This document shows, piece by piece, positions 28,725 to 37,588 of a DNA stretch of 51,213 nt. Numbering within the stretch: the stretch's first letter is position 1; the number at the start of each line of letters is the position of its first letter. A program made the translations under genes and the position numbers. The DNA is from Faecalibacterium sp. (GTDB lineage: Bacteria; Bacillota; Clostridia; Oscillospirales; Ruminococcaceae): assembly GCA_020025795.1 (NCBI GenBank), contig JAHHRK010000001.1, positions 1 to 51,213 of the forward strand, read 5' to 3'. A model generated the notes under the pieces. The model had not been told where the DNA came from. It saw only the letters and a program-made list of their open reading frames with translations, and ran no database searches.

Positions 28725-29177
28725 TTAAAATACCTCCTGTTGCGCAAGAATATCCAATCCGTTTCGATCCAATGGAACAGACAGAATCATTTGTGTGTTG
28801 GTTTGTCCCAGTTGCTGGAACGAGTGGATCACTCGCTCCAGATGGCTCATGTCGGTGCAGCTGACGCGCACCATAAAGCTGTGGTCACCGGTAACGTGGT
28901 AACATTGCAGAACTTCGGGCTGCTGCTGCATCAGAGTCAGCAAACGTTCAAAGTTGTTGGGGTGCGTAGATACATTGATCAAAGCATTGATGCCATTCTG
29001 GCCCTTGGGACGATTCAATGTGATCGTATAACCGCCGATGATGCCGGCTTGTTCCAGCTTATGGATGCGGCTGGATACAGCAGGGCTGGTTAACGAAACC
29101 TGGTCTGCAATATCTTTTACAGACATACGCGCATTGGCAGACAGCAATTTTAGAATCTTGTAGTCCAAATCATCCAT
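28725..29177 (-). CDS. Lrp/AsnC-family transcriptional regulator
   Basis: MDDLDYKILKLL..NAR.S...IA..V.LT.PAV..RI.KLE..GII; CYHVTGD. Confidence 0.93.
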   Translation of the reverse strand: MDDLDYKILKLLSANARMSVKDIADQVSLTSPAVSSRIHKLEQAGIIGGYTITLNRPKGQNGINALINVSTHPNNFERLLTLMQQQPEVLQCYHVTGDHSFMVRVSCTDMSHLERVIHSFQQLGQTNTQMILSVPLDRNGLDILAQQEVF

Positions 29178-29295
29178 GAAAACACCCCCCTTTTTGGATA
29201 AAGAATACAATATGCAAATTTTCCTGAAATTAAACGTAACTTTTCAAAAGCCGAAAAAATACAGAAAAGACAGATTTTTTCGGACGGTCAACTTT

Positions 29296-29324
29296 ATTAT
29301 ATAAAGTGGAAATCAAAAAGTAAA
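29296..29324 (-). promoter_or_regulatory. Promoter of lrp, -10 inside palindrome ACTTTATTATATAAAGT (29291-29307)
   Basis: Minus strand TTTACT-N17-TATAAT. Confidence 0.65.
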
Positions 29325-29359
29325 GGAAAAAGCAAAATAAAACCAGGTGTCAGGACAGT

Positions 29360-29387
29360 TTGACAAAAATGATTTGTGCATTATAAT
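29360..29387 (+). promoter_or_regulatory. Consensus sigma-A promoter with no downstream gene
   Basis: TTGACA-N16-TATAAT. Confidence 0.7.
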
Positions 29388-29393
29388 TTTATA

Positions 29394-29474
29394 TGCAAAA
29401 AAGATATTTTCCTACTTTATATACTTTCCCACCCCTCTATGCACAAAGACCCGCTGCCAGGCGGGTTTTTGTGT
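29394..29474 (+). ncRNA. Candidate small RNA (~80 nt)
   Basis: Between the promoter above and hairpin GCACAAAGACCCGC-tgccag-GCGGGTTTTTGTGT; C/U-rich body; ends approximate. Confidence 0.45.
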
Positions 29475-29778
29475 TATATGGGAGAAATGCGAAACAGCGA
29501 TAAATTTTTTGCTGTCCCAAGGGAAAGGGTTTTCTTTATTAAACACGATGCCTGGCATGAATGCAATGCATCATAAAGAAAAATTCCGAAAAAAGATAAA
29601 AAGCTGTCGGCTGTGCAAATCAGTCGGCAGCTTTTTTTGTAAAGCAAACCGGTAAAAAAGATAAAGCGGCACGGCGAAAACAAAGAACAAAGAAAAAGCA
29701 CAATGGCAGACAGTTTGTTTTGCAGAGAAAACTGTGTTAAAATAAATCAGATTTTGTCGAAAGATGGGGTGCGAAGAT

Positions 29779-31218
29779 ATGACAGCTTCCTGCCAAAAAG
29801 AGCCCAACACCGGTTTGCGTCTGTGCAGGACCAAAGGACCGATGCGTGCGGAATATATGTTGTTTGCCGCAGGGGCAGCAATATGTTTTTTGCTGTTCAA
29901 CCATCCGGATATTATGGAAACGGCCCGCCACGCATACATTTTGATTCAGAGCACTCTGGACGGTGACTTTCTGCAATTTTTTGAGAATACGCTGTCGCGT
30001 ACATATGGCTATCAATATGTGAATGCGGCACACTATAATATTTTGATGTATATTCTGTATGCCTTGTGGGAGCTGCCGCTGTATCTGGTGGAGCGCATTG
30101 GCGGATTCGTTTTTGACGATGTGCTTTTGGCCATGTGGTGCAAAGCCATTGGCACAGGCTTTTATCTGGGCTGTGGTGTTTTGGTAGGCAAGCTGGCCCG
30201 GCGCATCGGCTGCGATGAAACCGCGTGCCGATGGGCACCGCTTTTGTTCTGGCTGAACCCCATCAGCTTTTTCAATACACTGGTGATGGGTCAGTACGAC
30301 AGCATTTGTCTGTTTTTTGTTTTGTGGGCATTTATGCTGTATTTTGATAAAAAATACATGGCCTTTTCTCTGGTGATGGGCGTAGGCTTTGTTTTTAAGT
30401 TTTTCCCTTTGTTTGTGTTCATCCCCATGCTGCTTCTGGTGGAAAAACGTGTACCACACCTGCTGAAATATGGTGCAGTCAGCTTGTGGCTGTACCTTCC
30501 CACAACGCTTTTATTCGCCGGACGCACAGGCGATGCAGCGTTCTTTAACCAGCTGATGACGGAGCGCCTGTTCGCTGTGGGATTCCCCGGCGGTACAGCA
30601 AATGCGTCTTATTTTGGTCTGGCTATGGTCCTGATTTGCGTGACGGCCTATTTGTACCGTCTGCAGGATGAGCAAACCTGGTATGATGTGACGGTATATG
30701 GAGCCATGGCGGTGTTCTCGCTATTGTTTATTTTTGTGCTGTGGCATCCGCAGTGGCTCATTTTACTCACACCGTTTTTGATTTTAACGGCACTGCGGCA
30801 GAAGGAAAAGACAACCTATGCATATTTGAATGTTGCACTTTGCATTGGCTTCTTTCTGCTGGTGGCATTTATTTACCCGCACGGCCTGGAAGGTAATCTG
30901 TTCGATTGGGGCGTATTGCGCCCGCTGACAGGGTGGTTTTATTCCATCGTAGCCGAGCCTCGCTGGAATGCGTTCTATCTGGCATTGGTTCCGTATCTGG
31001 ACAAAATTGCACCGATTCTGTTTTATGGAGCACTTTTCAGCGGCATTTTGTTCCAGTTCCCGCTGCGCGGTAAGAGCTTGGGCGATCGGCTGGCCGGCGA
31101 CTGCACGGATCGCTTCCGTTACCGTTTGACCTGCTGGGGTACCTTTGTCCTTGCTTTTGGCGGCTTCTGGTTTGCACCTACACTGTTTAGTTATGTAAAA
31201 ACCATCGGGCTGTTATAA
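29779..31218 (+). CDS. Polytopic membrane protein, GT-C-fold glycosyltransferase-like
   Basis: WLNP...MGQYDS, FKFFP, WHPQW and many TM segments; start uncertain (29764/29779/29842). Confidence 0.65.
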   Translation: MTASCQKEPNTGLRLCRTKGPMRAEYMLFAAGAAICFLLFNHPDIMETARHAYILIQSTLDGDFLQFFENTLSRTYGYQYVNAAHYNILMYILYALWELPLYLVERIGGFVFDDVLLAMWCKAIGTGFYLGCGVLVGKLARRIGCDETACRWAPLLFWLNPISFFNTLVMGQYDSICLFFVLWAFMLYFDKKYMAFSLVMGVGFVFKFFPLFVFIPMLLLVEKRVPHLLKYGAVSLWLYLPTTLLFAGRTGDAAFFNQLMTERLFAVGFPGGTANASYFGLAMVLICVTAYLYRLQDEQTWYDVTVYGAMAVFSLLFIFVLWHPQWLILLTPFLILTALRQKEKTTYAYLNVALCIGFFLLVAFIYPHGLEGNLFDWGVLRPLTGWFYSIVAEPRWNAFYLALVPYLDKIAPILFYGALFSGILFQFPLRGKSLGDRLAGDCTDRFRYRLTCWGTFVLAFGGFWFAPTLFSYVKTIGLL

Positions 31219-31277
31219 GGAAATGATGTAAAAAGCCGTTGTGGGAAACGGATGGCTTTTATAAAACATGAAAATAG

Positions 31278-31317
31278 AAACAGCGGGCAGAGATTTTTCT
31301 CTGCCCGCTGTTTTTTT
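31278..31317. terminator. Bidirectional terminator
   Basis: AAACAGCGGGCAGAGA-tttt-TCTCTGCCCGCTGTTT. Confidence 0.85.
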
Positions 31318-31358
31318 GATAGAAAGCGATCAATCAATCAAAATGAGTACGATAGCCG

Positions 31359-31931
31359 TTAAGAATTCTTGTTGCAGGAATCCAGTGCCTGTATCATGCA
31401 ATCAATGCCTTCCTGAACTTCGCAAAGGTTCTTTGCTTTTCGGAAAGCTGGCGTGTAGTATACGTTTCTGCTTCGATCACAGCAGAAGCCATTGGCGGAA
31501 AGTGTTTCACATTCGGTTTGTAATAAACTTTCTCCCAGCAGGCATCGCAAAAAGTCGATGCCTGCACACATTGTTGCAATGGGTTTGCCCTGTTCCGCAA
31601 AAGAAAGGACAAGTTTTCGGACGGATTCGTTATTTCTATAATTGCTCAGCAATCCAATACCACCGGGAATGAGCAGACAGTCGAAATCATCTGGATTGAC
31701 ACAGTCTAACTCCTGAATGGTACCGCGGCCAATACGGGCGGATTCAACCAAAATATTCCGCTTTTCTTCCGGTTCCTCTGAAATGTGATTGATAGATGGC
31801 GCCTCCATAGCATGCGCCACAGGCTGATACGACCAGTTGTATTTATCCAGTGCAAGATACGTCAGGATGACTTCTTCGATGCAGGAGCCATCTCCCAGTC
31901 CACAACCGGCCAATAAGACCAAACTTTTCAT
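31359..31931 (-). CDS. ElbB/ES1-like DJ-1 superfamily protein
   Basis: LAGCGLGDGS.I.E, RNILVESARIGRG, LLIPGG.G, ATMCAG. Confidence 0.8.
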   Translation of the reverse strand: MKSLVLLAGCGLGDGSCIEEVILTYLALDKYNWSYQPVAHAMEAPSINHISEEPEEKRNILVESARIGRGTIQELDCVNPDDFDCLLIPGGIGLLSNYRNNESVRKLVLSFAEQGKPIATMCAGIDFLRCLLGESLLQTECETLSANGFCCDRSRNVYYTPAFRKAKNLCEVQEGIDCMIQALDSCNKNS

Positions 31932-32015
31932 TCAAGGTACTCCTTTCCAATCGGACCATGCCGATACGATTTTACAGACATCCGACCAAAGCTGCGGTGC
32001 TTTTGAATGCATTTT

Positions 32016-33278
32016 TTACTGCAAATAGTCCTCGTAAAAATGCAGATCTTCTGCCTTTACAACGCCTTCCAGATACAGGCCGCCTTCCTGATATTCTTCC
32101 AATGTGACACTGCCGCGCTGGCGCATGGGACCAGCCAAACTGATTTTATCATACGGCAGCAGGACTTTGATGCTGCGCACACGGTCGGCCAGCAAGCGGT
32201 CCAGTTCTTCCAGCAGCTGCGGCAGTCCTTCGCCGGTTTTTGCACTGGTCAGCAGTACGTCCGGCGAAAAGCTGATGGCACCGGCCCTGTCACATTTGTT
32301 GTAAACGGTCAGGCGGGGAATATCGTCGCAGTCCAGCGAGTGCAGAACTTCGTCCGTCACGTTCAGCTGCTCATCTCGCTGGTCGTCGCAGGCATCTGCC
32401 ACACGAACGATGACATCCGAGAATGCGGCTTCCTCCAAAGTGCTCTTGAAAGCTTCCACCAGATGGTGGGGCAGGCGGGATACGAAACCAACCGTATCAA
32501 CCAGCAAAACCGCCAGACCGCTGGGCAGAACCAGCTTGCGGCTGGTGGGGTCCAGCGTAGCGAACAGCATATTGGCTTCCAATACCTGCGCGCCGCACAA
32601 AGCGTTCATCAGGCTGGATTTGCCTACGTTGGTATAACCAACCAGGCTGACAACAGGCATTCCGGTACGGCTGCGTGCGCGGCGTAGCTCGCCGCGGCGC
32701 TTTTCCATTTCAGCCAGACGCTCGCTTAGCATATCAATGCGGGCACGAACATGGCGCTTGTCCAGTTCCAGCTTGGTTTCACCGGCACCACGGCGTGCAC
32801 CGGCACCGCCGCCGCCACCACCGCCCTGACGGCTCAAAGATGCGCCCATGCCGGAAAGACGAGGCAGCTGATAGCGCAGCTCAGCCAGTTCGGTTTGCAG
32901 TTTGCCTTCGTTTGTGACGGCACGGCTGCGGAAAATCTCCAAAATCAGCATGGTGCGGTCCAGAACTTCACACTGTAAAAGGCCGGACAGGTTGCGGATT
33001 TGGCTGCCAGTCAATTCACCGTCGAATACGGCAGTCTGCACATCCAGTTCTTCTACGGCCAGACGTGCTTCCTCCACCTTTCCGCTGCCCAGCAGGGTGG
33101 CGGCTTCCGGGGTAGAACGCTTTTGAGTTACGCGGCCTACGGCTACCATGTGGTTTGCTTCGCACAAAGCAGCCAGCTCGTCCAGACTGCGTGCGCAATC
33201 CCATTCGCCCATGTCCAAGGCCAGCAGCAAAACGCGTGCAGGCGGGGTTTCGGTTAAAATATCAATCAATTCGCTCAA
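32016..33278 (-). CDS. hflX: GTPase HflX
   Basis: LILEIFRSRA..EGKLQ, GETKLELD, GYTNVGKSS, LFATLD, DTVGF, NKCD. Confidence 0.97.
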   Translation of the reverse strand: MSELIDILTETPPARVLLLALDMGEWDCARSLDELAALCEANHMVAVGRVTQKRSTPEAATLLGSGKVEEARLAVEELDVQTAVFDGELTGSQIRNLSGLLQCEVLDRTMLILEIFRSRAVTNEGKLQTELAELRYQLPRLSGMGASLSRQGGGGGGGAGARRGAGETKLELDKRHVRARIDMLSERLAEMEKRRGELRRARSRTGMPVVSLVGYTNVGKSSLMNALCGAQVLEANMLFATLDPTSRKLVLPSGLAVLLVDTVGFVSRLPHHLVEAFKSTLEEAAFSDVIVRVADACDDQRDEQLNVTDEVLHSLDCDDIPRLTVYNKCDRAGAISFSPDVLLTSAKTGEGLPQLLEELDRLLADRVRSIKVLLPYDKISLAGPMRQRGSVTLEEYQEGGLYLEGVVKAEDLHFYEDYLQ

Positions 33279-33894
33279 GTGTGTTCTCCTTTTTCATTGT
33301 CTCCCACAAAGGGAGGGGCAAATTGTAATAATCACATTCCACGGGGGTTCCGTCGAATTTGCGGTCCATGCCGGAATGGTCGAACTGAAAACCAATATGC
33401 CGCAATACACATCCGCTGGCAGGATTTTCGGTGGCGTGGCAGCCGGACAGCCATGTGCCGCCGCATACGCTGAACCAGTAGTCCACCACAGCACGCAGCG
33501 CTTCGGTGGCAAGGCCCTGCCCCTGCCAAGGCTTGCCGATACAGTAGCCGGGTGACCACACACCATCCGTGCCATCTAACCCGGTACAGCGCCAACAGTT
33601 GCGTGCACTGCCGACGGAATAGCGGTCATCAAACAGGCTGATTTCGCCAATCAACTGGCCGGAAACCTGTTCCACAATGCCCCAGTGGTAGTAATCCGGC
33701 TTAGCGTATGCAGTCTCCCATGCAGCAAGCAAGGCGTGAGTCATGGTTTCGTCCCGATGTGCGCCGCGGCGCATAAAAAGGAAGATCTGAGGATCTCCCG
33801 CCCAACCAGTAAACATGGCATGGGTATCCTGAACGGACAAACGGCGCAGCAGCAGGCGGTGCGTCTTTAGGGGACAAGTGCCTTGGTGCTGCAT
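33262..33894 (-). CDS. RimJ/RimL-type GNAT acetyltransferase
   Basis: LKTHRLLLR, GYCIGKPWQGQGLATEA, ENPASGCVL..IGF. Confidence 0.85.
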   Translation of the reverse strand: MQHQGTCPLKTHRLLLRRLSVQDTHAMFTGWAGDPQIFLFMRRGAHRDETMTHALLAAWETAYAKPDYYHWGIVEQVSGQLIGEISLFDDRYSVGSARNCWRCTGLDGTDGVWSPGYCIGKPWQGQGLATEALRAVVDYWFSVCGGTWLSGCHATENPASGCVLRHIGFQFDHSGMDRKFDGTPVECDYYNLPLPLWETMKKENTLERID

Positions 33895-34183
33895 GACAAT
33901 CTCCTTTGCGTTGCGTTTGATTCAGTATAGCATAAAACATAAAAATTTCCAGCAGTAGAAAAATAAGAAAAAACTGTGATATGACCAAATATTACCCGTA
34001 GATATGATAAACTAAAAAAGCCTATTTGTGTGACAGACCTGCCGGACGAATCAGGTGGCTGCGCCTGAGGAAAGCCCTCTTTACAATAAATGTCAAAAAG
34101 GTTACAATAAATATAATTGTAATCCTGCGGAATCGTCACGAGGTGAATGACGAGAAACCAAAAAGGAAAGGAATCGTATTAAA

Positions 34184-35446
34184 ATGAAACTTTCACGCAG
34201 AGAATTTATTGAAAAGGCGGCCATTGCGGCAGCTGCAGCCGGTGTGCTGGTAGGCTGCGGCGGTCCGCTGCCGAGCCCTACGCCGGAACCGACACCCACC
34301 CCGACACCGACCCCCACGCCGGAACCGCCATATGATCCGGATGTACTGACGGGCGAAGGCCGTGCGCGCGATGCAAAGGACAGCCGTATTATTGGTATCA
34401 TGATCAATAATATGTCCAACACCAGCCGCCAGAATGCACGCCCCCATCGCGGCATTGGCGAAGCAAAGATCCTGATCGAAATCAAAGTCGAGGGCGGCAT
34501 TACCCGTTTCTGCGCTTTGTTTGATGATGTGGACGACATTCCTGAAATTGGACCCATCCGCTCCGGCCGTGACCAGTTTTTGCAGCTGATCCTGCCCTGG
34601 CAGGCTGTCTACTACCACGAGGGCGAGAGCGTGTTCTGCACCCGTTACATCAAGGATTGGGAGTACTGGGGCCTGAACTTCGGCGGAATGAGCTACTTCA
34701 AGACCCCCACCCAGCGCAACTATTCGCACCGCGACAAGCGCGGCCGTAATGTGGCAACCGAGCATACGCTGTTTACCAGCGGCGAGGAAGTCCAGAAGGC
34801 AATCGACAAGGCGGATCTGGATATGACCCGCAAATATAACAGTACTTTCTTTAAGTTTGCCGATTACCGCTATGATGAGTATGTAAGCCTGGACAACGGC
34901 GAGTCGGCCACCAGCGTGACCATTCGCCATTCTTCCAGCTATCGCACCTATTTCGATTACGATGCAGCAACCCAGACCTACAAAATGAGCATGTACAGCA
35001 ATGCAAGTAAGTCTGTCAGCCCGACCATCGATGAGAATACAGGCGAGCAGCTGAGCTTTACCAACCTGGTTGTTTTGTTCACCGCTATGGAAGCTTATCC
35101 CGGCGATTCGCACAATATCCAGGATGTGGACTATGACTACGGCGGAGTTGGCTATTACTTTACCAACGGCCGCTGCGAGATGATCGGCTGGCAGAAGGGC
35201 AGTCCCGGAAACGTTTTGATCCTCAACGACCATAATAGCGAGGACGACGAGATGGTGACCCTGAACTGCGGCAAGACCTACTTGTCCTTTGTAGACTTGA
35301 AAGAGGCCGAACACTTTAATTATGACGGCGAGGAAGATGCAGCCGGAGGCGACGACCTGAGCGATGCGGAAGATACTTCCGACGTGACGGATGCAGATGA
35401 TGCCGTTGTGGACGAAGATGCCGCAGCAGACATCAACACCGACTGA
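34184..35446 (+). CDS. DUF3048 (YerB-like) lipoprotein with twin-arginine signal
   Basis: MKLSRREFIEK, lipobox LVGC, PT linker; IMINN..ARP..GI..A....E..VEGGITRF, IGPIRSGR. Confidence 0.85.
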   Translation: MKLSRREFIEKAAIAAAAAGVLVGCGGPLPSPTPEPTPTPTPTPTPEPPYDPDVLTGEGRARDAKDSRIIGIMINNMSNTSRQNARPHRGIGEAKILIEIKVEGGITRFCALFDDVDDIPEIGPIRSGRDQFLQLILPWQAVYYHEGESVFCTRYIKDWEYWGLNFGGMSYFKTPTQRNYSHRDKRGRNVATEHTLFTSGEEVQKAIDKADLDMTRKYNSTFFKFADYRYDEYVSLDNGESATSVTIRHSSSYRTYFDYDAATQTYKMSMYSNASKSVSPTIDENTGEQLSFTNLVVLFTAMEAYPGDSHNIQDVDYDYGGVGYYFTNGRCEMIGWQKGSPGNVLILNDHNSEDDEMVTLNCGKTYLSFVDLKEAEHFNYDGEEDAAGGDDLSDAEDTSDVTDADDAVVDEDAAADINTD

Positions 35447-35487
35447 TTCAGCGCTAATCCCCAGATGAAGGAGAGTTTTTGCGACCC

Positions 35488-36588
35488 ATGAAACAATTGA
35501 TTGCAGCTATTTTGTGCGTGGCCCTGCTGTTGGCAGGCTGCGGTGCAGCGCCCAGCAGCAGCCAGATCGCATCTGACCAGGTGCAGGATGTGCTGCCGGA
35601 AGGCACGCAGCAGCCACTGGTAGCGGCCAAAGCGGTTTATCCGCTGACCGGCCAGGAACTGACAGGCGATGTGCAGCGTCCTGTGGCAGTGATGGTTAAT
35701 AATGCCGCCGCAGCCGGTGCACGCCAGTGGGGCCTGAGTGGTGCCAGTGTGATTATGGAAGCTCTGACCGAAGGTGAGACTACCAACTGGATGCTCTGGT
35801 TTGATAATCTGGAAAGTGTTCCAAAGGTTGGGCCTGTTGCACCGGGCAAGGATCTGTTCTGGCAGTTTGCGCTGCCCATGAACAGCATTCTGGTTCAGAA
35901 GGGCATGAATACCTATGCGGAAAATCTGCTGAATTGTTACGGATGGCAGCCGCTGGATGCCCTGATGCTGGGTGTGAACAGCTTTGACTATGATGGCAGC
36001 GATGCTGCTATGCCGATGGAATACGACTGGTATACACAGGGCGGTTCGCTGCAGTATGGCGTGGATCACTATCAGATTCCGCTGTCTGGTAAAGTACCTG
36101 TCTGGCAGTTCTTTGGTTCTCCGGTTCTGGGGCAGACGGCTGCTGCGTTAACCGTGAATTTTTCGGAAAAGCAGGGTACGACCCTGCGTTACGAAAACGG
36201 CGCATGGGTGATGTATCGTGCCGACGGAACCCAGCAGTTGGATGCCAATAATGGTGTTCCGGTTCAGGTAAACAATGTGCTGGTGCTGCGCAGCGAAGCG
36301 TCGGTTAAGGATGACAAGTTTACCCGTGAGTATAACCTTACCCAGGGCGAAGGCCTGTATCTGGTCAACGGAACCTGGCAGAAAATCACCTGGAAAAAGG
36401 GTGATGTAGCGGACGAGCTTCAGTTGTTTACCGAAAACGGAAATCCGCTGGTTCTGGCACCGGGCAAGAGCTATGTGGCTGTTTACGGCGACTTTGCCGG
36501 CCAGTCGCTGAGCATTACAGATGAAGAAGGCAACACGGTTTATCCGGAGGCAGAAACGGAGCCTGATACCGAAGCTGCTGCTGAATAA
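35488..36588 (+). CDS. Divergent DUF3048-like lipoprotein with Sec-type signal
   Basis: MKQLIAAILCVALLLAGC; PLTG, RPVAVMVNN, QWGLS.A, EG..T, KVGPV. Confidence 0.8.
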   Translation: MKQLIAAILCVALLLAGCGAAPSSSQIASDQVQDVLPEGTQQPLVAAKAVYPLTGQELTGDVQRPVAVMVNNAAAAGARQWGLSGASVIMEALTEGETTNWMLWFDNLESVPKVGPVAPGKDLFWQFALPMNSILVQKGMNTYAENLLNCYGWQPLDALMLGVNSFDYDGSDAAMPMEYDWYTQGGSLQYGVDHYQIPLSGKVPVWQFFGSPVLGQTAAALTVNFSEKQGTTLRYENGAWVMYRADGTQQLDANNGVPVQVNNVLVLRSEASVKDDKFTREYNLTQGEGLYLVNGTWQKITWKKGDVADELQLFTENGNPLVLAPGKSYVAVYGDFAGQSLSITDEEGNTVYPEAETEPDTEAAAE

Positions 36589-36596
36589 GAAAATAT

Positions 36597-36636
36597 AAAA
36601 AAAGCCGAACTCGTACAAAATGAGTTCGGCTTTTTT
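36597..36636. terminator. Bidirectional terminator
   Basis: AAAAAAAGCCGAACTC...GAGTTCGGCTTTTTT. Confidence 0.85.
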
Positions 36637-36643
36637 GCTTTGT

Positions 36644-37291
36644 TTATTCCTGGTGGTCAACGGTATCCAGGTAGCCTTCAGGAATCACGTCGATGGCCTC
36701 GACCAGGCGGTCACGCATCCACAGCTCCACGTCGGTGCGGACGGTGTAGCCGCAGCCGGGGTCTGCCATCCACATTTCCGGCTTACGGCTGGGCAGTGCA
36801 CGCTGGCTGAGCATGCTCATGATAACACCACCGTGGGTCACGCAGGCAGCCTCGGTGATTTGGGATTTGATCATATATTCAAACATCTTCAGCAACGCAT
36901 CGGCGCAGCGCTGATGGAATTCAACGGTGGGTTCTGCGCCTTCCGGGGTGTAGCCGGAGGTGGGGTCCATCCAGCGGACAAAATCCGGATCTTTGACCAG
37001 ATCCTGAATTGGCTTGCCTTCAAATTTACCAAAGCCTGCCTCGCGCAGAGCATCTACACTATATTTGTGGGGTGCGTTGGGGAACAGGATATTGCTGGTT
37101 TCAACGGCGCGCTTCAGCGGGCTGGAAAAAACAATTTCAGGGGTAGGATACTCGAATCGCTGGGTCAGATCAATCAGCTGGGCGCGGCCGGTATCGCACA
37201 GAGGCAGATCAGTGCCGCTGCCCACATACAGGCCGTCCAGATTGCCCTGGGTCAGACCATGGCGGATCAGATGCAGTTTGAATGTTTTCAT
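36644..37291 (-). CDS. Histidine phosphatase (PGM/CobC-like)
   Basis: LIRHG, FSSPLKRA.ET, LRE..FG.FEG, VTHGG; start MKTFK. Confidence 0.88.
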   Translation of the reverse strand: MKTFKLHLIRHGLTQGNLDGLYVGSGTDLPLCDTGRAQLIDLTQRFEYPTPEIVFSSPLKRAVETSNILFPNAPHKYSVDALREAGFGKFEGKPIQDLVKDPDFVRWMDPTSGYTPEGAEPTVEFHQRCADALLKMFEYMIKSQITEAACVTHGGVIMSMLSQRALPSRKPEMWMADPGCGYTVRTDVELWMRDRLVEAIDVIPEGYLDTVDHQE

Positions 37292-37505
37292 AAAATACTC
37301 CTCTCTGCGGCAGTACCGCACAGTGTATAAAATGGACTTTTGGAAGAAAAAAGAAAAATAGCGATTTCCACAGAAGCTGAGGGGCGAAATTTGGTATCCC
37401 CCTACATCTTGGGCGACGTTGCGGAAAATTCGCCACGGATAGGGCGAAAACAAGAGAAATCGGCAGAATCGCTGCGGAAAAGCGGGAAAGAATACAAATT
37501 GTGTA

Positions 37506-37534
37506 TTTACAAATCGTTTTCTGCAGAGTATAAT
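37506..37534 (+). promoter_or_regulatory. Promoter of XRE gene
   Basis: TTTACA-N17-TATAAT. Confidence 0.7.
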
Positions 37535-37588
37535 CAACGTACCGTAAAAACAGATTGCGGGTATTGCAGAAATAGAGAGGAATCCACA

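Noticed and set aside
34020..34080. GTGAC...CAGGTGG...CGCCTG resembling a ZTP (pfl) riboswitch
   Set aside because: No P1 or pseudoknot complement; gene context unrelated
34270..34330. Pro/Thr-coding repeat
   Set aside because: Ordinary lipoprotein linker, not a CRISPR or mobile repeat
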